Assembly: GCA_963752285.1 (NCBI GenBank)
Contig: CAVVXN010000005.1
Span: 800,001-864,000 of the forward strand
Reading direction: 5' to 3'
DNA from: an uncultured Planctomycetota bacterium
GTDB lineage: Bacteria > Planctomycetota > PLA2 > JAEUHO01
DNA: 64,000 bases
Shown in pieces: positions 57,381-64,000 of this stretch. The stretch's first letter is position 1, and every line of letters starts with the position of its first letter. The notes below the pieces were generated by a model that searched no databases, was not told the origin of the DNA, and was given only the letters and a program-made list of their open reading frames with translations. A program made the translations under genes and the position numbers.

Positions 57381-58135
57381 GCGCGGCCGGGGGTGGGAAG
57401 GCGCTGCTCAGAATCGAGGTCGTGGAGGACCGGACCCGGACGTCGCGCCCGGACGAGGGCTTCCTCCGCCTGCGCCGCCTCCTCCTCCGAAACCACTACG
57501 ACGACGGCTCGGTCTCGCGGCCGTACCCCTGCGACGTGGCGTCGCGGCGCGACGTGGACGCCGTAACCGTCGTGATCCACGGTCCGGTGGTGGACGGCGC
57601 GGTCGAGGTGCTCCTCCGCGCCGGCGTCCGCGCCCCGGTCTGGCTCCGCCGGGAGAAGGACATCGCGCACGGCGGCGGCCCCGTCACGACGATCGTGGAG
57701 ACGATCGCGGGCGTCGTCGAGCCCGACGACGCGGGGCCCGGCGGCGTCGAGCGCCGCGCCGCCAAGGAGGTCGAGGAGGAGGGCGGGCTCCACGTCGCCG
57801 CCGGCGCGGTTCGCGCCCTCGGCGGGGCGCTCTTCCCGAGCCCCGGCGTCACGGACGAGCGTGTGCACTTCCGCCGCGTCGAGGCCGACCTCGTCCCACG
57901 GACGCAGGCCCGCGGCGACGGATCGGTCATGGAAGAGGTCGGCGAGGCCGTGGTGCTGCCGCTCCGCGAGGCCATCCGGCGGTGCCGGTCGGGAGAGATC
58001 CCCGACATGAAGACCGAGGTCGCGCTGCTCCGCCTCGCGGACGCCCTCGGCTACGTCCCCGCGCTCGACCGCTTCGTGGACGAGCTTCCCGCCGACCTCG
58101 CGGCCCGCGCCCGCGAGCTTCCCCCGCTCGTCTAG
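57377..58135 (+). CDS. NUDIX hydrolase (ADP-ribose pyrophosphatase-like)
   Basis: ETIAGVVE....[12 protein letters not shown]udix box, [17 protein letters not shown]. Confidence 0.85.
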   Translation: MSAAGGGKALLRIEVVEDRTRTSRPDEGFLRLRRLLLRNHYDDGSVSRPYPCDVASRRDVDAVTVVIHGPVVDGAVEVLLRAGVRAPVWLRREKDIAHGGGPVTTIVETIAGVVEPDDAGPGGVERRAAKEVEEEGGLHVAAGAVRALGGALFPSPGVTDERVHFRRVEADLVPRTQARGDGSVMEEVGEAVVLPLREAIRRCRSGEIPDMKTEVALLRLADALGYVPALDRFVDELPADLAARARELPPLV

Positions 58136-60090
58136 CCCCGCGCGTCGGGACGCCGGCGGCGCGCGCCCTTGCGCCCCGGACGATAGCCCGTGCTCGGCGC
58201 GGTGCCCGCGTCCTTCGCGTGGACGTACGTCGCGTCCGTCGCGGTACGGCGCCGCGCCTCGACGGCCTCCGGCGGGGGGTTCGCCGGGATCAGCGCCCCC
58301 TCGTGGTCGCCGACCAGGTCGCCCCGGCCGGCCTCGAGCAGGGCGCGCCGCACCACGAACCAGTTCCTCGGCTCGAAGTACTGGAGGAGCGCGCGCTGCG
58401 CGGACCTCTCGGCGAGCCGCCTCGCGGAGGGGACCGGACGATGGGTGAAGGGATCGAGCCCCGTGTAGAACATCGACGTCGCCACGTCCATCGGCGCCGG
58501 GATGAAGTCCTGCACCTGGCGCGGGCGGTAGCCGTTCGTCTTCAGGAACACGGCGAGCTCGATCATCTCGTCTACCGTCGACCCGGGGTGGCTCGCGATG
58601 AAGTACGGGACGAGGTACTGCTCCTTGCCGGCCCGACCGCTCGCCGCCGCGAAGTCGTCGGCGAAGCGCTCGAAGGACGCGCGCGGGGGCTTCTTCATCA
58701 CCGAGAGCACACGGTCGCTCACGTGCTCGGGCGCGACCTTCAGGTGCCCGCCGACGTGGTGTCTGGCGAGCTCCTCGACGTAGGCGGGATCGAGGTTCGC
58801 GAGGTCCATCCGGATGCCGGACGAGACGCGCACGCGCTTGACGCCCGGCGTGGCCCGCGCGTCGCGGAGCAGGTCGAGGGTCGGACCGTGGTCGGTGCCG
58901 AGCAGCCGGCAGACGGTCGGGTGGATGCACGAAAGGCGGCGGCAGCGGGCCTCGACCTCGGGCTTCGTGCACCGCATCCGGTACATGTTGGCCGTGGGGC
59001 CCCCGACGTCGGTGATCGTCCCGCGGAAGTCCGGATCGCGGGCCACCTTCTCGACCTCCGCCTGTACGGACCGCGCGCTGCGACTCTGGATGATGCGCCC
59101 CTGGTGCATCGTGATGCTGCAGAACGTGCAGCCGCCGAAACACCCCCGCATGATCGTGATCGAGTCCTTGATCATCTCGAACGCGGGGATCGGCGCCGTG
59201 TAGCGCGGATGCGGGCGGCGCGCGTAGGGCAGGTCGTACGCGTGATCCAGCTCGGCCTCCGCGAGGGGCAGCGTCGGAGGGTTCTGGACGAGGAGGCGGT
59301 CGCCGTGCCGCTGCACGACGCGCCGCGCGTTGAGCGGGTTGGTCTCGTGGTGGTGGAGCGCGGTCATGCGCGAGAAGAGCCGGACGTCGTGCGCGACGTC
59401 CTCGAACGAGGGGATCTCGATCGTCCGGTCGTCCCCGTGCGCGTCGGTCCAATGGTGGTCGGGCAGGTCCTCGCTCCGTCCGAGGAGGTACGCGACGCCC
59501 CGCATGTCGCGGAGCGCCTTCACGTCCTCGCCGGCGTCCAGCCGCCGGGCGACCTCGAGGATCGGACGCTCCCCCATCCCGTACACGACCAGGTCCGCCT
59601 TGCTCGAAACGAGCATGGACGGGCGCACCGAGTCGCTCCAGTAGTCGTAGTGCGCGATCCGCCGCAAGGACGCCTCGACGCCGCCCGCCACCACGGGCAC
59701 GCCCGGGAACGCCTCCCGACATCGCTGCGCATACACCGCGGTGGGACGGTCGGGCCTCAGCCCGATCGCGCCGCCGGGGGAGTACGCGTCGTCGTTCCTC
59801 CGCTTCCGGTTGGCGGTGTAGTGGTTGATCATCGAGTCCATGTTGCCGGCGGACACCGCGTAGAAGAGCCGCGGCGGTCCGAGCGCACGCCACGCCTCGG
59901 CGTCGCGCCAGTCGGGCTGAGGCAGGATCGCCACGCGGTAGCCCGCCGCCTCGAGGACGCGCGAGAGGATCGCCGCCGCGAACGAGGGATGGTCCACGTA
60001 GGCGTCGCCCGACACGAAGACGACGTCCGCGGCGTCCCAGTCGAGCTCGTTCATCTCTTCGCGGGTCGTGGGGAGGAAGCGCGCGGCCAT
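58132..60090 (-). CDS. ygiQ: YgiQ family radical SAM protein
   Basis: [65 protein letters not shown]. Confidence 0.93.
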   Translation of the reverse strand: MAARFLPTTREEMNELDWDAADVVFVSGDAYVDHPSFAAAILSRVLEAAGYRVAILPQPDWRDAEAWRALGPPRLFYAVSAGNMDSMINHYTANRKRRNDDAYSPGGAIGLRPDRPTAVYAQRCREAFPGVPVVAGGVEASLRRIAHYDYWSDSVRPSMLVSSKADLVVYGMGERPILEVARRLDAGEDVKALRDMRGVAYLLGRSEDLPDHHWTDAHGDDRTIEIPSFEDVAHDVRLFSRMTALHHHETNPLNARRVVQRHGDRLLVQNPPTLPLAEAELDHAYDLPYARRPHPRYTAPIPAFEMIKDSITIMRGCFGGCTFCSITMHQGRIIQSRSARSVQAEVEKVARDPDFRGTITDVGGPTANMYRMRCTKPEVEARCRRLSCIHPTVCRLLGTDHGPTLDLLRDARATPGVKRVRVSSGIRMDLANLDPAYVEELARHHVGGHLKVAPEHVSDRVLSVMKKPPRASFERFADDFAAASGRAGKEQYLVPYFIASHPGSTVDEMIELAVFLKTNGYRPRQVQDFIPAPMDVATSMFYTGLDPFTHRPVPSARRLAERSAQRALLQYFEPRNWFVVRRALLEAGRGDLVGDHEGALIPANPPPEAVEARRRTATDATYVHAKDAGTAPSTGYRPGRKGARRRRPDARG

Positions 60091-60107
60091 CCCCGCGAGG
60101 GTATCCG

Positions 60108-61004
60108 TCAGAAGAGCGAAGGCTGGCCGTCGAGCCGGGTCGCCTCGACGAGGCGTGGGAAGGCGCGGCGCACGGTCTCGGGGGCGAGGGGCGGGGTCCC
60201 CGCAAGCCGCCCCTTCAGCTCGAGGGCGTTCGCCACCGCCTTCCCGCCGTAGTGGTTGTTCGTGACGAGGTACGTGCGCCGGCCACCGGCGGCCGCCTCC
60301 CGGACGCGGGCCGCGATCCGATCGAGGTCGTCCGGCGCGTAGAGCCAGTCGTATCGCTCGTCCCGCCCCGCGCGGCGGTCGAACCACGCGGCGGCGTTCC
60401 GGCCGTGGAGGCGCACGTATCCCACCGGTCCCACGCGCGGCACGTCGGGCGGCGGGTGGTCCGCCGCCGCCGGCAGGTCGATCCACGCGACGCTCAACCC
60501 GAGCGCCCCGACGCGGTCGAGCGCCCCGGCCTCGAACCACGACCGATGCCGGAGCTCCACGACGAGCGGGACCCGGTCGAGGTGCTCGGCCAGGTCCGCG
60601 AGACGGCCGAGGTTCGCGGCGTCGTGACGGAAGGAGACGGGGAACTGCGCGAGGAGGGCCGACAGCCGGCCCGCCTCCTCGAGCGGGCGGACGCCCTCCA
60701 GGAACGCGCGGACGGTCGTCGGGGAGAGCCGGTTCCCCGGCTCGTGCGTGAGCTCACGATGGACCTTCGCGAGGAACGAGAAGCCCGGGCGATCGGCGAC
60801 GCGCCGCACCCAGCGCCGGGCCACGTCCGCGCGGGGGAGCGCGTAGAAGGACGCGTTCACCTCCACGAGGTCGAGGTAGCGCGCGAGGAACGCGAGGGGA
60901 TCGAAGCCCCGGGGGTGGGGACGCGGATAGACCGGTCCTTCCCAGTCGGGGTACGACCAGCCGGCGCTCCCCACGCGCACGTCCTGCGGGGCCGAGGCGA
61001 CCAT
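60108..61004 (-). CDS. DUF72 domain protein
   Basis: [51 protein letters not shown]. Confidence 0.92.
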   Translation of the reverse strand: MVASAPQDVRVGSAGWSYPDWEGPVYPRPHPRGFDPLAFLARYLDLVEVNASFYALPRADVARRWVRRVADRPGFSFLAKVHRELTHEPGNRLSPTTVRAFLEGVRPLEEAGRLSALLAQFPVSFRHDAANLGRLADLAEHLDRVPLVVELRHRSWFEAGALDRVGALGLSVAWIDLPAAADHPPPDVPRVGPVGYVRLHGRNAAAWFDRRAGRDERYDWLYAPDDLDRIAARVREAAAGGRRTYLVTNNHYGGKAVANALELKGRLAGTPPLAPETVRRAFPRLVEATRLDGQPSLF

Positions 61005-61089
61005 CGCCCCAGGCTACCGTCCGGGACCCGCGTTCGCGGTCGAGGGACCCCGCCGACGGAGGGGGCCGGCCCCTACGTAGGATGGGTGC

Positions 61090-61398
61090 ATGCCGCCCCA
61101 GTCTCCGGTCCTCGCCCCGAAGCCGTCGATCGAGGAGGAGACGGACCTGATCCCGCCGTACCAGGTCGTCCTCCTGAACGACGACGTCACGACGTTCGAC
61201 TTCGTGATCTGGCTCCTGATGACGCTATTCGCCAAGCCCGCCGTCGAGGCCGGCCGGCTCACGTGGGAGATCCACAACACCGGGGCGGCGGCGGTCTGCA
61301 CCACGACGAAGGAGCGGGCCGAGCTCTACGTCGAGCAGGTGAGGGCCCTCGCCCGGCCCCGGGGCTTTCCCCTCGAGGCCGTGATCGAGCCCGCCTGA
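61090..61398 (+). CDS. clpS: ATP-dependent Clp protease adaptor ClpS
   Basis: PPYQVVLLNDDVTTFDFVI, IHNTGAA, KERAE, GFPLEAVIEP. Confidence 0.93.
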   Translation: MPPQSPVLAPKPSIEEETDLIPPYQVVLLNDDVTTFDFVIWLLMTLFAKPAVEAGRLTWEIHNTGAAAVCTTTKERAELYVEQVRALARPRGFPLEAVIEPA

Positions 61399-61531
61399 CC
61401 GGGCCCCGGGCGCCGCCGGCGGGCGTGAACGGTTCGGCCCACAGGTCCTCCCCGCGGGCGGTCCTGCCGGCGTATGCTCCAGAGGGAGCCCCGTCCGGCC
61501 GATTGCCAGGGCGGGAGGCAGGAGGGCCGTC

Positions 61532-61819
61532 GTGACCGGGACCGGGCTGTCGATCGTGCGACGCCTCGCCATGCTCGTGGGCGTCGCGCTCCTGGCGGGA
61601 TGTTGCCGTCTTCCCTGCCTGACGTGCCCCCAGGACGCGTGCTGGCCGGGGCCGCGTCTGGGGCCGGTCTCCCCGTGCCTCTGCCGAGAGCCGAGGCTCG
61701 AGCCGCCCTGCCCCGAGCCCGTCTGCCCGCCCCCGGCCACCCGGTCCTCGCCGTGCGCCCCGTCCCGCGCCGGGACGGGAGCGACGACACCGATCGGGGC
61801 GCCCGGGTGGGTGCCGTGA
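61532..61819 (+). CDS. Small Cys/Pro-rich lipoprotein
   Basis: AGGAGG RBS; LLAGC lipobox; 10 Cys. Confidence 0.6.
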   Translation: MTGTGLSIVRRLAMLVGVALLAGCCRLPCLTCPQDACWPGPRLGPVSPCLCREPRLEPPCPEPVCPPPATRSSPCAPSRAGTGATTPIGAPGWVP

Positions 61820-61919
61820 CAGGACGGCGACCGAAGTCGGGCACCATGCTCGACCGAGGAACGGCGCGGGATCCGATGTCGGACCCGGTGAAGCCACCGG
61901 ACTAGGAGAGGACCGACCC

Positions 61920-62360
61920 ATGAAGAAGTGCCTGGTGCTCGCCGCCCTGGCGGGCTCGTTGCTGCTCGCGGCGTGCAGCGGCCACGGGCCGACCCGCTGT
62001 GATCAGTGGGGCTGGTACCGTCCCTGCCGCCTCGTGGACTGCTGGAATGGCGACCAGCCGTGCAGCCAGCCGTGCAACCAGCCGTGCAAGCGGCGCGGCC
62101 CCTGCGCGCGCCCCGGTCCCTGCGGTCCGTGCGGATTGAGGCCGGGGCAGGTCGTTTCGCAGCAGTGGGCCGTCCCCGCGCAGCCGATGCCCGCCCCCGC
62201 GGCCCCCGAGACGGCTCCGGCCCCCGAGACCGGCACGGCCCCGGCGGCTCCCGCGGAAGGCCCCGCACCCGAGGCGGCTCCGGCCCCCGAGGCGGCGCCC
62301 GAGGCCGCACCCGAAGAGGCGCCGGACTCCGACGGCGAGTCCGCGCCCACCGGCGGCTAG
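61920..62360 (+). CDS. Small Cys-rich lipoprotein with Pro/Ala/Glu-rich tail
   Basis: GGAGAGG RBS; MKK..LLLAAC lipobox; QPC/GPC repeats; APAPE repeats. Confidence 0.8.
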   Translation: MKKCLVLAALAGSLLLAACSGHGPTRCDQWGWYRPCRLVDCWNGDQPCSQPCNQPCKRRGPCARPGPCGPCGLRPGQVVSQQWAVPAQPMPAPAAPETAPAPETGTAPAAPAEGPAPEAAPAPEAAPEAAPEEAPDSDGESAPTGG

Positions 62361-62422
62361 CCCGACCCCGAGCGATTCCCGCGCCGACGGGCGTCGGGGG
62401 CGCCGGCCGACTCGACACGAGC

Positions 62423-62474
62423 CGCGGTCCGCGGTGCGCGACGACGTCGCCGCCGTGGACCGCGCGTTTTCGTT
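62423..62474 (+). terminator. Possible intrinsic terminator after the Cys-rich lipoprotein genes
   Basis: CGCGGTCC...GGACCGCG stem followed by CGTTTTCGTT. Confidence 0.35.
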
Positions 62475-62572
62475 CGGGCCCCCGTCGTCGGTCGTTCGCC
62501 GCACGCCTGCCGTTGCTGAGCGGCCCGCGCGACGGGTGGTAGGTTGCCCCGCGCATCGAGTCGGGAGGGCAC

Positions 62573-63664
62573 ATGCGCACGACGCCGCTCACCGGGGCCC
62601 ACGTCGAGACCGGCGCCCGGATGGTGGACTTCCACGGCTGGAACATGCCGGTCCAGTACGAGGGGATCCTCGACGAGGCGCGGCGCGTCCGGACCTCCGG
62701 CGGTCTCTTCGACCTGTGCCACATGGGCCGGCTCGAGATCACCGGGCCCGGGCGGGAGGCGCTGATCGACCGGGTCTTCTCGGGCAAGACGCGAAAGCTC
62801 GCCGTGGGCCGTGCGAAGTACGGGTTCCTGCTGAACGAGCAGGGATACCCGATCGACGACGTCCTCGTGTACCGCGACCACGACACCATGCACGTCGTGA
62901 TCAACGCGACGGGTCGTGCGTCGGACCCCGCCTGGGTCCGCCGCGTGGCCGAGGACGAGGGCTTCGACGTCCGGATCGACGACCGCTCCGACGCGCAGGC
63001 CATGATCGCGATCCAGGGGAAGGTCTCCGAGATGACCCTGCAGCCGCTCTGCGGCGCAGACCTCTCCGGCGTCCGCTACTACGGGTTCGTGCACGCGCCG
63101 GTGGACGAGGCGCCGGCCCTCGTGGCCCGGACGGGCTACACGGGAGAGGACGGGTTCGAGATCTTCCTCCCGCAGGCCGACGCGCGGCGCGTCTGGGACG
63201 CGCTTCTCGGGTCGGGCCGGAAGCTCGAGGTGCGGCCGATCGGGCTCGGCGCGCGCGACATCCTGCGGCTCGAGGCCGGAATGCCGCTCTACGGCCAGGA
63301 GGTCAACCTCGAGATCGACCCGCTGGAGGCCGACCTCGGGTTCGGCGTCGATCTCGAGAAGCCCGGCGCGATCGGCGTCCCCGCGCTCGCCGCGCGCGCT
63401 GGCGCGGGCACCCGCCGAGAGGCCCTGTCCCTCTCCGCCTCGGGCGGTCCCGTCCCGCGCACGGGGTGCCGGGTCCTCGCGGGCGGGAAGCAGGTCGGCA
63501 TCGTGACGAGCGGCGGGCACAGCCCCACGCTCGACCGTCGCATCGCCCGCGCGCTCGTGGAGAAGGGCAGCGCCCGCGAGGGCGGATCTCTCGACGTCGA
63601 GATCCGCGGCCGCGCGTTCCCCTACCAGGTGGTGCCCTCCCCGTTCTACCGGCGTCCGCGCTGA
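62573..63664 (+). CDS. gcvT: Glycine cleavage system aminomethyltransferase T
   Basis: GARMVDFHGWNMPVQY, GLFDLCHMG, ARTGYTGEDGFEI, GLGARDILRLEAGMPLYG. Confidence 0.97.
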   Translation: MRTTPLTGAHVETGARMVDFHGWNMPVQYEGILDEARRVRTSGGLFDLCHMGRLEITGPGREALIDRVFSGKTRKLAVGRAKYGFLLNEQGYPIDDVLVYRDHDTMHVVINATGRASDPAWVRRVAEDEGFDVRIDDRSDAQAMIAIQGKVSEMTLQPLCGADLSGVRYYGFVHAPVDEAPALVARTGYTGEDGFEIFLPQADARRVWDALLGSGRKLEVRPIGLGARDILRLEAGMPLYGQEVNLEIDPLEADLGFGVDLEKPGAIGVPALAARAGAGTRREALSLSASGGPVPRTGCRVLAGGKQVGIVTSGGHSPTLDRRIARALVEKGSAREGGSLDVEIRGRAFPYQVVPSPFYRRPR

Positions 63665-63697
63665 GGCGGTTGGACCCGGGCCAGGAAGGAGCCAGGC

Positions 63698-64000
63698 ATG
63701 TCGGATCGTCCGAAGGACGTGAAGTACTCGAAGACGCACGAGTGGATCCGCAGGGAAGGCGACATGGCCACGGTCGGCATCACCGACTTCGCCATCGAGC
63801 ACCTCGGCGACCTCGTCTTCGTGGGTCTGCCCGACGTGGGGCGCGCGCTCTCGGCCAAGGAGGTCGCCGCCGAGGTCGAGTCCGTGAAGGCGGTCGGCGA
63901 GGTCTATGCGCCGCTCGCCGGCGAGGTCGTGGAGGTCAACGCCGCGGTCTCCGAGAACCCCGCCTCGATCGCCGACGACCCCTACGGCACGGGCTGGCTG
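63698..64000 (+). CDS. gcvH: Glycine cleavage system H protein (cut by window end)
   Basis: KYSKTHEWI, TVGITDFA..HLGDLVFV, VESVKAV lipoyl-Lys, DPYGTGWL. Confidence 0.96.
   Translation, partial: MSDRPKDVKYSKTHEWIRREGDMATVGITDFAIEHLGDLVFVGLPDVGRALSAKEVAAEVESVKAVGEVYAPLAGEVVEVNAAVSENPASIADDPYGTGWL

Noticed and set aside
61532..62360. Cys-rich small proteins as sactipeptide/ranthipeptide precursors for the nearby radical SAM enzymes
   Set aside because: Both carry lipoprotein signal peptides, are not in an operon with the radical SAM genes, and no RRE domain, transporter or peptidase is evident
62361..62572. Glycine riboswitch upstream of gcvT
   Set aside because: The conserved glycine aptamer motifs (GGAGA..CCGAAG..CTCAGG) could not be found

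Overview
Very GC-rich chromosomal segment, probably from a Planctomycetota/PVC-type bacterium (inferred from the many HEAT/TPR/VWA lipoproteins, the long multi-PDZ RseP and the eukaryote-type UDP-sugar pyrophosphorylase). It is mostly housekeeping: thpR-recA-alaS, rpmF-plsX-fabD-fabG-acpP-fabF, a UDPGP-family enzyme, ddl, pepA, a DHH phosphoesterase, a CCA-adding enzyme, purM, rseP, an RlmI-like methyltransferase, smpB, tmRNA (ssrA), ygiQ, clpS and gcvT-gcvH. No integrase, transposase or cas gene was seen. The most notable observations are: (1) an exported redoxin whose apparent TGA stop sits at the family's C-terminal Gly-Cys position with a hairpin just downstream (probable selenoprotein), and which also has an acyl-carrier-protein-like insertion; (2) four 198-bp tandem repeats starting at the tmRNA 3' end, each re-creating a degenerate T-arm/acceptor end; (3) a structured intergenic region (19-bp inverted repeat, 48-bp array, dif-like XerCD site) where gene orientation flips; (4) two tandem Cys-rich lipoproteins resembling chlamydial OmcA; (5) a coupled oxidoreductase-radical SAM-NUDIX operon; (6) repeated leaderless-type -10 boxes. 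Protein family calls come from motifs read by eye, with no database searches run.
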